The notes below the pieces were generated by a model. The model ran no database searches. It worked only from the letters and a program-made list of their open reading frames with translations, and was not told the origin of the DNA. Of a DNA stretch of 64,000 nucleotides, positions 1 through 10,806 are shown one piece after another. Where the stretch lies: NCBI GenBank assembly GCA_963843845.1, contig CAWJMB010000002.1, positions 1,632,001 to 1,696,000 on the forward strand, read 5' to 3'. The translations under genes and the position numbers were made by a program. The stretch is from an uncultured Gemmatimonadaceae bacterium. GTDB lineage: Bacteria > Gemmatimonadota > Gemmatimonadetes > Gemmatimonadales > Gemmatimonadaceae. Numbering within the stretch: the stretch's first letter is position 1; each line of letters begins with the position of its first letter.

Positions 1-495
1 GCAGGGCCGCCGCCTCGCCGACGCGCTCACGACGCTCGCCGAGCGGGTGCGCCCGTGCGCGCGCTGCTTCAACCTCACTGAAGACGAGCTGTGCGCCGTC
101 TGCCGCGACCCGCGCCGTGACGCCGACGCAGATCTGCGCGGTCGAAGAGGCGTCCGACATCGGCGCGATCGAGCGAGCGGGTGAGTATCGCGGGCTCTAC
201 CACGTGCTGGGCGGACGCCTGTCCCCCCTCGACGGCGTCACGCCCGACGACCTCACGATCGCGCAGCTCGTCGATCGGGCGGGGCGCGATGGCGTGCGCG
301 AGGTGATCCTCGCGACGAATCCGAGCATGGAGGGGGAGGCGACCGCGCTGTTCGTACAGCGTGCAGCTCTCGGCGGCGAGCCACGGGATCGCCGTGACGC
401 GCATCGCGCGCGGACTGCCCGTCGGCGGTGATCTCGAGTACGCCGACGGCGTGACGATCGCGCAGGCGCTCTCGGCGCGGCGGGAGATGGCGTGA
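1..495 (+). CDS. recR: Recombination protein RecR (5'-truncated by window edge; apparent indel frameshifts)
   Basis: C4 zinc finger [53 protein letters not shown]; frame switches near 120 and 360-390; TGA at 493-495. Confidence 0.93.
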
Positions 496-779
496 TGCGA
501 CGCCGCGGTCAGGTCGCGGCCGGGTTCGTCGCAGGAGTGGTCGTCGGCGCGGCGGCGTGGGTGCGCGTCGTGGCGCAGAGCCGCCGCGGGTTGTTCAGCC
601 GCCACCCCGTGCGCCGGTTCGCGGCCATTAGTTACCTCGGCGCCCATCCGAGCGTAGATACGGTGCGGCTGCTGAAGGATTACATCGCCTGGGAGCCGCG
701 TCCTCTCCTCCGGCGGCGAGCGCGGCGCGTGCTGCGCGGCGCCGAGCGGACGGTCGAGGCGCAGCAGTCCGGACCCTAG
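495..779 (+). CDS. Small hypothetical membrane-anchored protein
   Basis: ATG overlaps recR stop (TGATG); N-terminal hydrophobic stretch; sits between recR and mglB. Confidence 0.7.
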   Translation: MRRRGQVAAGFVAGVVVGAAAWVRVVAQSRRGLFSRHPVRRFAAISYLGAHPSVDTVRLLKDYIAWEPRPLLRRRARRVLRGAERTVEAQQSGP

Positions 780-790
780 TAGACCCACGC

Positions 791-1310
791 ATGGCGGCAG
801 GCGCGGCGAGCTGGTCGTTCACCGAGGACGACTTCCGACGCGATCACGACGTCGCTCCAACGATTCCTCTACGATAGCAACGCGCGCTGCGCGCTGCTCG
901 TCGACCGCAGCGGGCAGCTCGTCGCGACGGTCGGCGAGGCGCCGACGTTCGATGCCACCGCGTTCGCGTCGCTCACCGCCGCGGACTTCAGCGCGAACGA
1001 CCAGCTCGCGCGGCTGATCGGCGAAGACGACTTCACACGCTCTTTCACCAGGGCGAGCGGAGTCGATGTACCTCGCCGACGTCGCGCGCCGCATCATCCT
1101 CGTCGTGCTGTTCGACAACCGCACGACGCTGGGCCTCGTCCGACTGAAGATGCAGCGATGCGGTCGAGCGAGCTGACGACCGCTGTTCGACGGCGTGTTC
1201 GCGCCCGGCGGTGGGGACGGCGTCGCGACGTCGCTCTCGCACGCGTAGGCATCGCCCACGGCGACCTGCTCGCCGGCGCGGACGACGAGATCGACCGCCT
1301 GTTCCAGTAG
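791..1310 (+). CDS. mglB: Roadblock/LC7 protein MglB (GAP of MglA); several apparent indels
   Basis: Stitched translation ..[68 protein letters not shown]; directly upstream of mglA. Confidence 0.88.
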
Positions 1311-1321
1311 GAGCCGACGCG

Positions 1322-2002
<681 letters not shown>

Positions 2003-2059
2003 CGCGATTCGCGTGGCGGGTGCGTCTCGCGCGCCCTGCCGTCGTCGAGCGACGAGGTC

Positions 2060-2065
2060 TATCTT
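2060..2065 (+). promoter_or_regulatory. Putative -10 element TATCTT, 6 nt before the pgsA GTG (leaderless-type)
   Basis: TATCTT-gccgcg-GTG with no Shine-Dalgarno. Confidence 0.5.
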
Positions 2066-2071
2066 GCCGCG

Positions 2072-2774
2072 GTGAACCTCCCGAACGCGATCACTGTCGG
2101 ACGCATCGCCGTCGACGCCGCTCATCGCGGTGCTTCCGTTCGTGGGGCAACCCGGCGCGAGACTCGCGGCGTTCGTGCTGTTCCTCATCGCGGCGGTCAC
2201 CGACTACTGGGACGGGCACATCGCGCGCTCGCGCGGCCTGGTGACCGACCTCGGCCGGATGCTCGATCCGCTCGCCGACAAGCTGTTGCTGCTCGGCACG
2301 CTCGTGCCGATGTATTTCATGCAGCGCGGTGATCTGCTCGCGCAGCCCGCCGCGATCGCAGGCGGCGACGCGCGCGACTTCCGCTTCCTGACGCCCTTCG
2401 GCGTCGCCGGACTGCCGGTCTGGGTGCTCGTCGTCGTCCTCGGACGCGAGCTGTTCATGACCCTGTTCCGCCAGCTCGCGGCACGCCGCGGCACCGTGAT
2501 CGCCGCGATCGGGCCGGCAAAGTGGAAGACGGCCTTCCAGAGCATCTGGGTCGGCTCCGCGTACGCGTGGTTCTTCGCGGCGACCCTGGGCGAGCGTGAA
2601 GGGTGGCTGCGCGGCGCGCCGACGACGACGTGGATGGGCGCCTTCACCACGTTGAACGGCGTCGTCGGCTCGGTCGCGATGGTGGGCGCCGTCGTCCTCA
2701 CGCTCTACTCGCTCTACCTGTATCTGCGCCGCTACGCGGGCGTGCTGGCGAAAGCATCGCCCGAGCGTGCGTAG
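2072..2774 (+). CDS. pgsA: CDP-alcohol phosphatidyltransferase (PgsA-like); indel near 2110
   Basis: MNLPNAITVGRI; DYWDGHIAR..G..LDPLADK signature; multiple TM segments. Confidence 0.85.
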
Positions 2775-2798
2775 CCCGCGACGGATCGGGGCACCGGC

Positions 2799-4067
2799 AT
2801 GAACATCGAGATCGTCACGATCGGCGACGAGCTGCTGTTGGGCTACACGATCGACACGAACGGCGCGCACCTCGCGCGCGAGCTGGCCGCGATCGGTGTC
2901 GAAGTCGTCCGACGCACCTCCGTACGCGACGACGCCGGCGAGATCGCGAGCGTGGTACGCGATGCGCTCGAGCGCACCGGCGCCGTCATCACCACTGGCG
3001 GACTCGGCCCCACGTCCGACGACATGACGAAGCCCAGCATCGCGGCGCTGTTCGGTCGCGAGCTGCGAGTCGACGAGGGGCTGCTCACACAGCTCGAGGC
3101 GCGGTGGCGCGCGCGGTTCGACCGACCGCTGCCGGCGTCCAACCTTCAGCAGGTCGCGATCCCCGACGGCGCGACGGTGCTGCCGAACGCGCACGGCTCC
3201 GCGCCGGGCATCTGGATCGAGGACGAGCGCGGCCGCTGGGTCGCGATGCTGCCCGGCGTCCCGCGCGAGATGCGCGGCATGCTCGCGGACGCGTTGATGC
3301 CGCGGCTCCGCGAGCGCCTGAGCGCCGCCGGCGGGGTGCCGAAGGTCGTGCGCTCGCGCACGCTGCGCACCACCGCGATCGCCGAGAGCGCGCTCGCCGA
3401 TCGGCTCGGCGACGTGGCGCCCGCCCTCGGAGGGCTCACGCTCGCCTTTCTCCCAGGGCAGGAGGGGGTCGACCTGCGGCTGACGGCCCGCGGCATGACG
3501 GCCGACGACGCGGACGCCGCGCTCGCCCACGGGCTGGCGCTCCTTCGCGATCGGATCGGGACCCACGTCTACGGCGAAGGCAGCGTCGACCTCGCGAGCG
3601 TCGTGCTCGACCGCTGCCGCGCGGCGAACCAGACGATCGCGACGGCGGAGAGCTGCACAGGTGGCCTGTTGGGCGCCCGCCTCACCGCGATCGCGGGTTC
3701 GAGCGACGTCGTCTTGGGCGGCGTCATCGCGTACGCCAACGAGGTCAAGATCGACCAGCTGGGGGTCGCGGAGCACGACCTCGCGACGGCCGGCGCCGTC
3801 AGCGAGCCAGTCGCTCGGCAGATGGCGCGCGGCGCGCGCGAGCGGTTCGGCGCGACCATCGCGATCGCGATCACCGGCGTCGCCGGGCCGGGCGGTGGGT
3901 CGCTGGAGAAGCCCGTTGGCACCGTATGGATCGCCGTCGACGCCGAGGGGCGTGAGCCGGTCGCGCACCGATCCGTCTTCATCGGCGACCGCTCCGAGAT
4001 CCGCTACCGTTCGGCGCAGTTCGCGCTCGAGCTCGTACGCCGTTTGCTCGAGACGGCGGTGACGTAG
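2799..4067 (+). CDS. cinA: Competence/damage-inducible protein CinA (MoCF-like plus PncC NMN deamidase domains)
   Basis: IGDELLLGYTIDTN, GGLGPTSDDMT, PGVPREM, TAESCTGG, GAVSE. Confidence 0.95.
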   Translation: MNIEIVTIGDELLLGYTIDTNGAHLARELAAIGVEVVRRTSVRDDAGEIASVVRDALERTGAVITTGGLGPTSDDMTKPSIAALFGRELRVDEGLLTQLEARWRARFDRPLPASNLQQVAIPDGATVLPNAHGSAPGIWIEDERGRWVAMLPGVPREMRGMLADALMPRLRERLSAAGGVPKVVRSRTLRTTAIAESALADRLGDVAPALGGLTLAFLPGQEGVDLRLTARGMTADDADAALAHGLALLRDRIGTHVYGEGSVDLASVVLDRCRAANQTIATAESCTGGLLGARLTAIAGSSDVVLGGVIAYANEVKIDQLGVAEHDLATAGAVSEPVARQMARGARERFGATIAIAITGVAGPGGGSLEKPVGTVWIAVDAEGREPVAHRSVFIGDRSEIRYRSAQFALELVRRLLETAVT

Positions 4068-4114
4068 GCGTCCGCTCGGCGACCCGCCGTGCGCGCGACC
4101 CCCGACCAGACCGT

Positions 4115-4120
4115 TAGCTT
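4115..4120 (+). promoter_or_regulatory. Putative -10 element TAGCTT, 6 nt before the grpE ATG
   Basis: TAGCTT-tttcgt-ATG with no SD. Confidence 0.5.
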
Positions 4121-4126
4121 TTTCGT

Positions 4127-4735
4127 ATGACATCCCCGAACACGAACGAGAGCACCGAGCGTCCGCGCGCCACCGATACGACTGCCGACCCGACCGCGAA
4201 CTCGACGACCCAGGGGGACGGCTCGGAAACCGCCGCCCGGACCGGCGACGACGACGCGTCGGTCGCCGGCGGCGTCATCTCGGGCGACGATACCCAGCGG
4301 CAGCTCGCCGAGCAGCAGGACAGGTACCTGCGTCTCGCTGCGGAGTACGACAACCATCGACGTCGCTCGGTCAAGGAGCGGCAGGAAGCTGGCTCGCGCG
4401 CGCAGGCCGAGCTCGTGCGACACATCATCGACGCGATCGACGACCTCGGTCGGTTCGCGCACGTCGATCCTGCGTCGGCAGACGGTGTGACGATCGTGCA
4501 GGGCGTCGAGATGGTCGAGAAGAAGCTGCTCAAGTCGCTGAGCAGCGCCGGCCTCGAGATTCTCGACCCGGTCGGCGAGGCGTTCGACCCGGCCCGCCAC
4601 GAGGCTGTCGCGACCGAGCCCGCGGCGACGAAGGCCGACGATCATCACGTGGCGCGCGTCTATCAGCGCGGCTACGTGTTCGGCGGCCAGCTGCTGCGCC
4701 CCGCCCGCGTCGTCGTCAAGCAGTGCAACGGCTGA
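4127..4735 (+). CDS. grpE: Nucleotide exchange factor GrpE
   Basis: [36 protein letters not shown]. Confidence 0.95.
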   Translation: MTSPNTNESTERPRATDTTADPTANSTTQGDGSETAARTGDDDASVAGGVISGDDTQRQLAEQQDRYLRLAAEYDNHRRRSVKERQEAGSRAQAELVRHIIDAIDDLGRFAHVDPASADGVTIVQGVEMVEKKLLKSLSSAGLEILDPVGEAFDPARHEAVATEPAATKADDHHVARVYQRGYVFGGQLLRPARVVVKQCNG

Positions 4736-4751
4736 CTCTCGACACGCGCAC

Positions 4752-5927
4752 ATGGCGACCGGGAAAGATTACTACGCCGTGCTGGGCGTCTCGCAAACGG
4801 CCACGCAAGACGAGATCAAGAAGAGCTATCGTCGGCTCGCGAAGCAGTACCATCCCGACGCGAACAACAACGATCCGAAAGCCGCCGAGCGCTTCAAGGA
4901 GATCTCGGAGGCGTACGGCGTCGTCGGCGACGCGGACAAGCGCAAGCAGTACGACGACATGCGTCGGCTCGGCGCGATGGGCGGGTTCGCGCAGGGGGGG
5001 TATCCGGGAGGGTTTTCGGGTGGCTTCAGCGGAGGGCGGCCGGGGGCGGGCCGCGCGGGCGGATCGCCGAACGCCGGTGCGCCGGGCGGAAACTTCGACT
5101 TCTCGCAGTTCGATGCCGGCGGCATTGGCGGCATCGGCGGAATCGGCGACATCTTCAGCAGCATCTTCGGCAGTACGCGCGGTGGCCCGTCGCGGAACGC
5201 CCCGGCCGAAGGCCAGACAGTCGAACTGACCGTCGCCGTACCGTTCCGCCGTGCCGCGTTAGGCGGCAAGGTCGACGTGGAGATCGACGTCATCGAGGAG
5301 TGTCAGACGTGCCACGGCAACGGCGCCGCGCCCGGTGCGACGCTGAAGAGCTGCCCGGAGTGCGGCGGGCGCGGTACGATCTCGTTCGGGCAGGGCGGCT
5401 TCGCGGTGCAGCGCCCATGTCCGATGTGCCTCGGACGCGGGCAGATTCCGAGCGAGCCATGCCCGACGTGCCGCGGCTCCGGCGAAGTCCGCACGCGCAA
5501 GACGGTGCGCATCACGGTGCCGGAAGGCACGGACACGGGATCGCGCGTGCGATTGAAAGGGCAGGGCGGACGTGGCGCGCACGGCGGCCCGCCGGGCGAT
5601 CTGCTGATCACGTTCAACGTCGAGCCCGACAAGTTCTACAAGCGCGACGGGCTCGATCTGATCGCGCCCATCCCGGTCAACATCGCGCAGGCGACGTTAG
5701 GCACCAGGGTGACGATCCGCACCCTCGACGGCACGAAGCTCCAGGTGCGGGTGCCGGCGGGGATCCAGCCAGGCAAGCGCATCCGCGTGCCCGGAAGGGG
5801 AATCGCGAAGGGCGACAAGCGGGGCGACCTCCTCGTCGCACCGGCGATCGCGGTCCCGCAGCAGCTCACCGAGGAGCAGGAGCGCCTGATGAAGGAGTTC
5901 GCAGCTGCTGCCGATCTGAAGTACTGA
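4752..5927 (+). CDS. dnaJ: Chaperone DnaJ
   Basis: J domain with HPD, G/F-rich linker, four CxxCxGxG repeats. Confidence 0.96.
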   Translation: MATGKDYYAVLGVSQTATQDEIKKSYRRLAKQYHPDANNNDPKAAERFKEISEAYGVVGDADKRKQYDDMRRLGAMGGFAQGGYPGGFSGGFSGGRPGAGRAGGSPNAGAPGGNFDFSQFDAGGIGGIGGIGDIFSSIFGSTRGGPSRNAPAEGQTVELTVAVPFRRAALGGKVDVEIDVIEECQTCHGNGAAPGATLKSCPECGGRGTISFGQGGFAVQRPCPMCLGRGQIPSEPCPTCRGSGEVRTRKTVRITVPEGTDTGSRVRLKGQGGRGAHGGPPGDLLITFNVEPDKFYKRDGLDLIAPIPVNIAQATLGTRVTIRTLDGTKLQVRVPAGIQPGKRIRVPGRGIAKGDKRGDLLVAPAIAVPQQLTEEQERLMKEFAAAADLKY

Positions 5928-5935
5928 GCGCGCGG

Positions 5936-7066
5936 TCAGGCGGCGAGCACCGGCAGCGTCGCGCGGGTGCCTACCGCCTGCTCGATGATCGCTCCGCCGA
6001 GCACGGCGTCGCCGTCGTAGAGGACGAGCGACTGCCCGGGCGTGATGGCGGCGACGGCCTCGTCGAGCGCGAGCTCGATCTCGTCGCCGTCGCGCCGGAT
6101 CAACTCGGCGCGGACGGCTCGTGCGCGATGGCGCACCTGCACCTCGAGCGCGCGACCGACAGCCGGCGGGTCGACGAGCCAGTTCACGCCGCGCGCGATC
6201 ACGCCGCGGCCCAACAGCTCGTCGCGCGGGCCGATCACGACCGCACGCTGCGAGGGTCGGATCGCGACCACGTACATCGGCTCGGCGAAGCCACCGGGCA
6301 GCCCGCGGCGCTGGCCGATCGTGAAGCGCGCGTGGCCGTCGTGCTCGCCCACGACGCGGCCATCGCTCAGCACGAGCGGCCCGCGCGCCAGCGACGGGGC
6401 TTCGGCGCCGAGCCGCGAGCGGATGATCTTCGTGTGGTCGCCGTCGGGAACGAAGCAGATGTCCTGACTCTCCACCTTCTCCGCGATCACTTCGAGGCCG
6501 AGCTGGTGCGCGACGGCGCGCGTCTCGGCCTTCGTCTGATGACCGACGGGGAGCAGCATCCGCCGGACGACGGCGCGATCGATCCCCCACAGGAAGTAAC
6601 TCTGGTCCTTCGCGCGATCGAGCCCGCGGTGCAGCGCGCCCTCGGCGACGCGCGCGTAGTGCCCCGTCGCGATCCACGGCGCGTCGATCTGCTCGGCGGT
6701 GCGAAGGAGGTCGCGGAACTTCGTGAACGTGTTGCAGCGCACGCACGGAATCGGCGTGCGGCCGCGCGCGTACTCCGCGACGAAGTCGTCGACGACGTCG
6801 CGACCGAAGCTGCTCTCGAGGTTCAGCACGTAGTGCGGCACGCCGAGCTGCACGCAGACGCGACGCGCGTCGTTGATCGAGTCGAGCGAACAGCACGGCC
6901 GATCAGGCACGTCCTCGCCGTAGCAGAACAGCTTCATCGTGACGCCGACGACGTCGTAGCCCTGCTCGACGAGCAGCGCCGCCGCGACGGACGAGTCGAC
7001 GCCGCCACTCATCGCGACGAGCACACGCTCGCTCCTCGCCGTCGTCCGGGTCGCCACGGTCGTCAC
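5936..7066 (-). CDS. mnmA: tRNA 2-thiouridine synthase MnmA
   Basis: AMSGGVDSS, PIPCVRCN, ATGHYAR, KDQSYFL, ESQDICF, FTIGQRRGL; GTG overlaps iscS stop. Confidence 0.96.
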   Translation of the reverse strand: MTTVATRTTARSERVLVAMSGGVDSSVAAALLVEQGYDVVGVTMKLFCYGEDVPDRPCCSLDSINDARRVCVQLGVPHYVLNLESSFGRDVVDDFVAEYARGRTPIPCVRCNTFTKFRDLLRTAEQIDAPWIATGHYARVAEGALHRGLDRAKDQSYFLWGIDRAVVRRMLLPVGHQTKAETRAVAHQLGLEVIAEKVESQDICFVPDGDHTKIIRSRLGAEAPSLARGPLVLSDGRVVGEHDGHARFTIGQRRGLPGGFAEPMYVVAIRPSQRAVVIGPRDELLGRGVIARGVNWLVDPPAVGRALEVQVRHRARAVRAELIRRDGDEIELALDEAVAAITPGQSLVLYDGDAVLGGAIIEQAVGTRATLPVLAA

Positions 7067-8232
7067 CAGCTCGGCGCCGCAGCCCGCGCCCGAGCCTTCT
7101 CGACGAGCGTCGGGAGCAGCGTCGCCACCCGCTCGAGCTGGTCGGCCGTCGTCAGGCAGCCGATGCTGAGCCGGATCGCCGACGCCGCGAGGTCGGGCGC
7201 GACGCCCATCGCGCTCAGTACGTGCGACGGCGCCTGATTGCCGCTCTGACACGCCGAGCCCCCGGAGGCGGCGATGCCGCGCAGGTCGAGCGCCATGAGC
7301 AGCGATTCGCCGTCCACCCCGGGAACCGAGACATTCACGACGTGCGGCGCGCGCGGAGCTCCGCGGCCGTGAATCACCGCGTCAGGAATGCGCGCGATGA
7401 TCTGCCCCTCGAGCTGCTCGCGCAGGGCGCCGAGCCGCGCACACTCCGCGTCACGCTCGGCGAGCGTCAGCTCGGCGGCGACGGCCATGCCGACGGCGGC
7501 GGCGACGTTCTCGGTTCCCGGACGGCGTCCCCGGTCCTGCGAGCCGCCGTGCATCAGCGGCTCGAGCGCGACCCCGCGGCGAATGAACATGGCGCCGATC
7601 CCTTTCGGCGCACCGATCTTGTGGCCCGAGAGTGTCAGCGTATCGACAGGCAACGTGCGCACGTCGATCGCGACCTTCCCGAACGCCTGCACGGCGTCGG
7701 TGTGGAACGACGCGCCGTGCGCCTTCACTTGCTCGACGAGCGCCGGGACCGGCTGCACGACGCCCGTCTCGTTGTTGACCCACATCACCGAACAGACCGC
7801 CACGTGCGCGTCCAGCGCCCGTGCGAACGCGGATGCGTCGACGATGCCGTCGCCCGTCACCGCGACGATGCGTGGGTCGGCGCCCTCCCGCGCGGCTTGC
7901 TGCACGGCTGCGAGCACCGCCTTGTGCTCGATCGGCGTCGTCACGATCGCATTCCGGCCGCTCGCGCGGGCGGCACGCCAGGCGCCCAGGACCGCGAAGT
8001 TGTCACCCTCCGTGCCGCCGGAGGTGAAGCACAGTTCGTCAGCGCGGGCGCCGAGGCAGGCCGCGAGGCGGTCACGTGCCTCGTCGAGGGCGGCGCGCGC
8101 GTCACGCCCCCAGCGGTGCGTGCTCGACGGGTTGCCGAACCGCGGGCCGTGGAACGGCTCCATCGCAGCGCGGACCTCCGCTCGCACGGGTGTCGTGGCG
8201 GCGTGATCGAGGTAGATCGGATCGACGGACAT
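7063..8232 (-). CDS. iscS: Cysteine desulfurase (IscS/NifS family)
   Basis: YLDHAATTP, NNETG, HTDAVQA, SGHK (PLP Lys), GSAC catalytic motif; coupled to mnmA. Confidence 0.92.
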   Translation of the reverse strand: MSVDPIYLDHAATTPVRAEVRAAMEPFHGPRFGNPSSTHRWGRDARAALDEARDRLAACLGARADELCFTSGGTEGDNFAVLGAWRAARASGRNAIVTTPIEHKAVLAAVQQAAREGADPRIVAVTGDGIVDASAFARALDAHVAVCSVMWVNNETGVVQPVPALVEQVKAHGASFHTDAVQAFGKVAIDVRTLPVDTLTLSGHKIGAPKGIGAMFIRRGVALEPLMHGGSQDRGRRPGTENVAAAVGMAVAAELTLAERDAECARLGALREQLEGQIIARIPDAVIHGRGAPRAPHVVNVSVPGVDGESLLMALDLRGIAASGGSACQSGNQAPSHVLSAMGVAPDLAASAIRLSIGCLTTADQLERVATLLPTLVEKARARAAAPSW

Positions 8233-8238
8233 GTCCGA

Positions 8239-8244
8239 AATGTA
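8239..8244 (-). promoter_or_regulatory. Putative -10 element TACATT, 6 nt before the iscS ATG
   Basis: Minus strand TACATT-tcggac-ATG. Confidence 0.5.
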
Positions 8245-8270
8245 TCGCGAGCGGGTAAATCTCATCCAGC

Positions 8271-9356
8271 ATGTATTCCACCTGCCTGTTCTGTCAGCAT
8301 CCGCTCGGCCGCAACGAAGTCCTCGAGCACTTCCCCGTCGGGCGGCGCTTGGCGTACGACGCGGCGCGTGGCCGCCTCTGGGTCGTCTGCCGAAAGTGCG
8401 AGCGGTGGAACCTGACGCCGCTCGACAGCCGCTGGGAGGCGATCGAGGACGCAGAGCGGCTGTTTCGTGGGACTCGGCTGCGAGCGTCGACCGACCAGGT
8501 CGGGCTCGCGCGGTTGCGCGAGGGGCTCGAGCTCGTTCGGATCGGTGAACCGCTGCGCCCCGAGATGGCGGCGTGGCGCTACGGTGACCAGTTCGGGCGG
8601 AGGTGGAAGCGTCACGTCGCCCTGTCGGCGCTGGGGGCCGCAGCAGTGGGCGGCGTCGTCGTCGCCGGCCCCGTGATGGGCCTCGTCAGCCTCGGCGCCG
8701 CGTCGCCCATCCTGAACGTGCTGAACTTCGCGACCTTCTTTCAGGCGTCGAGGCGCACGACCGCGAAGGTGACCATTCCGGGTCACGAGGGCGAGCTTCA
8801 CGTCACGCGGCAGCATCTCGCGGGGCTGCTGCTCGTTCCCGACGCGTCGCACGGATTCCGCCTGCACGTGACCGGCGTGCGACGCAAATCGAGCTGGTGG
8901 AGCGGGCCGGGCGGAGGGGCTCAGCGCGCCGGTGCGCACGACGTGTACGGTACCGACGCACTGCGCGTCGCGGCGGCCATCCTGCCGAAGCTGAATGTGA
9001 ACGGTGCGAGCCGTCGGGTCGTGCAGGACGCGGTCGATCTCGTCGAGATGGGTCGCTCGCCGGAAGAGACGTTCGCGCTCGTCGCGCACGCGCAGCAGCG
9101 GCGCGTGCGATCGCGCAACCTGCAGCTCGGCGACGGGCGCACCCTCGGCGCGTTTCCCATGGCCGCGCGACTCGCGCTCGAGATGGCGTCGCACGAGGAC
9201 GCCGAGCGCCGCGCGCTCGAAGGGGAGCTCGCGGAGCTCGAGCGCGCGTGGCAGCACGCGGAGGAGATCGCCGCGATCGCCGACGACCTCGCGCTGCCCG
9301 GACGCGTGCGTGGGGCGTTCGAGCGATTGAAGGGCGCCGCGCCGACCGACCGTTAG
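8271..9356 (+). CDS. Hypothetical protein with N-terminal CxxC..CxxC zinc ribbon and central hydrophobic segment
   Basis: CLFC and CRKC pairs; typical coding codon pattern; C-terminal helical/coiled region. Confidence 0.8.
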   Translation: MYSTCLFCQHPLGRNEVLEHFPVGRRLAYDAARGRLWVVCRKCERWNLTPLDSRWEAIEDAERLFRGTRLRASTDQVGLARLREGLELVRIGEPLRPEMAAWRYGDQFGRRWKRHVALSALGAAAVGGVVVAGPVMGLVSLGAASPILNVLNFATFFQASRRTTAKVTIPGHEGELHVTRQHLAGLLLVPDASHGFRLHVTGVRRKSSWWSGPGGGAQRAGAHDVYGTDALRVAAAILPKLNVNGASRRVVQDAVDLVEMGRSPEETFALVAHAQQRRVRSRNLQLGDGRTLGAFPMAARLALEMASHEDAERRALEGELAELERAWQHAEEIAAIADDLALPGRVRGAFERLKGAAPTDR

Positions 9357-10003
9357 GCGCGGCGGAGGACCGCGCGCGCTGGCGCGGCGTCGAGGCCGAC
9401 GATCCGCAACGGGAGCGACAGCAGCTCGTACACACCCGGCTGCACGTCACGCAGATCCAGATTCTCGAGGTTGAACGCGCCGCCGCCGAACAGCGCGCGA
9501 TGCACCACGAGCGTCGTGCTCACGCGCCGGTCCACACTCGGCGCGTCGACCCCCAACAGTCGCAGCCCGCCGGCGACGAGCGACGCCGTGCAGTCGACGG
9601 TGAGGCACGGCCAGTCCTCAGGGAAGGTGCCGTCGGCGATCGAGCGCCCGGTGCGCAGCAGCACACGTTCGACGTCGCCGGGCCGCACGCCGAGCCGCGT
9701 CAGGCGCGCCGTGAGATCGTCCAACGACAGGTCGGACGCCGCATCCGACACGTCGACCACGACCGCCGGTCCGACGAACGCGTCGAGCACGAGCGCGTCG
9801 CTCGCCGGCCACCCATCGCGTACGTGGAGCGGCGCGTCCGCGTGGGTCCCCACGTGCGGGCTCATCGTGATCGTCGACAGGTTCACGCTCTCACCCGCCG
9901 CGAGCGTCATCGTCCAGCCGCACGAGTAGGGGGTGTCGCCCGGCCACTCGGGCGTCCCGGGCGCGAGCGGCAGCGTGACGTCGATGTACGTGGCGCCGCT
10001 CAC
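9353..10003 (-). CDS. kynB: Kynurenine formamidase (cyclase family)
   Basis: HVGTHADAPLH, GVDAPSVD, ENLDL; downstream of kynA with GTGA overlap. Confidence 0.9.
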   Translation of the reverse strand: MSGATYIDVTLPLAPGTPEWPGDTPYSCGWTMTLAAGESVNLSTITMSPHVGTHADAPLHVRDGWPASDALVLDAFVGPAVVVDVSDAASDLSLDDLTARLTRLGVRPGDVERVLLRTGRSIADGTFPEDWPCLTVDCTASLVAGGLRLLGVDAPSVDRRVSTTLVVHRALFGGGAFNLENLDLRDVQPGVYELLSLPLRIVGLDAAPARAVLRRA

Positions 10004-10764
10004 CCGTGCGCCGCCGCGCCGTACAGCCGACTGCGAAGATCCCAGAGAACCGGGAAGAGGCGATGACTCATCGTCCGCGCGAGCGCCCGCGCGCCGAGCG
10101 ACCCGCCCGTTCCCCCCGTGCCCGGGCCGATGATCCGCTCGACGAGCTGCACGTGCTGGAAGCGCCACCGAGCGAAGGTCTGCTCGAACTCGAGCAATCC
10201 CTCGGCGAGCAGGAACAGCGTCGACGGACCGGGGCCGGTGTAGAGCGCCTCGGGCGTGACGTCGGCGTGCTCGAGCAGCCCGAGAAAGCCGTCCTGCAGC
10301 GTCGCCCGCTCGAGCATGCGCGCTACGATCTCGGGCAGCTCGCCGTGCGCGCTCAGCATCGCCACGTGTTCCGGGTCGCGCATCCCGGCCGCGACCTCGA
10401 TCGCACGAAACTGTGCGCTCTGCGCCCCGCTCGACGTGCCGAGGTAGCTGCGGAACTGCAGGAAGCGTTGCGGCGGCAGCGTATCGAGGGCCGAGAGCTG
10501 CGACGACACGATCCGCATCAGCCCGTTGAGCCGGCCGAGGTGCCAGAGCGCGCTCTCGGCCTGTCGCGCGTCGAAGGCGCTCGACAGCGCGTCGATCTCG
10601 TGCAGAATGACCTTGAACCACAGCTCGCTCGCCTGGTGCACGACGATGAACAGCAGCTCATCCGGATGCTCGGCGCCTCCGGTCGCGGAGCGCGGGCGCT
10701 GCAGCTCGAGCAGCTCTTCGAGCGCGAGGTACGAGCCGTACGTGACGCTCTCGGACGGAGGCAC
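10000..10764 (-). CDS. kynA: Tryptophan 2,3-dioxygenase
   Basis: YGSYLALEELL, HPDELLFIVVHQASELWFK, SSGAQSAQFR, GTGGTGG, LFPVLW. Confidence 0.92.
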   Translation of the reverse strand: MPPSESVTYGSYLALEELLELQRPRSATGGAEHPDELLFIVVHQASELWFKVILHEIDALSSAFDARQAESALWHLGRLNGLMRIVSSQLSALDTLPPQRFLQFRSYLGTSSGAQSAQFRAIEVAAGMRDPEHVAMLSAHGELPEIVARMLERATLQDGFLGLLEHADVTPEALYTGPGPSTLFLLAEGLLEFEQTFARWRFQHVQLVERIIGPGTGGTGGSLGARALARTMSHRLFPVLWDLRSRLYGAAAHG

Positions 10765-10806
10765 GGGGGACGCGTCGGGAGGGATGATGGATCGAAGGAA
10801 GGCGAA

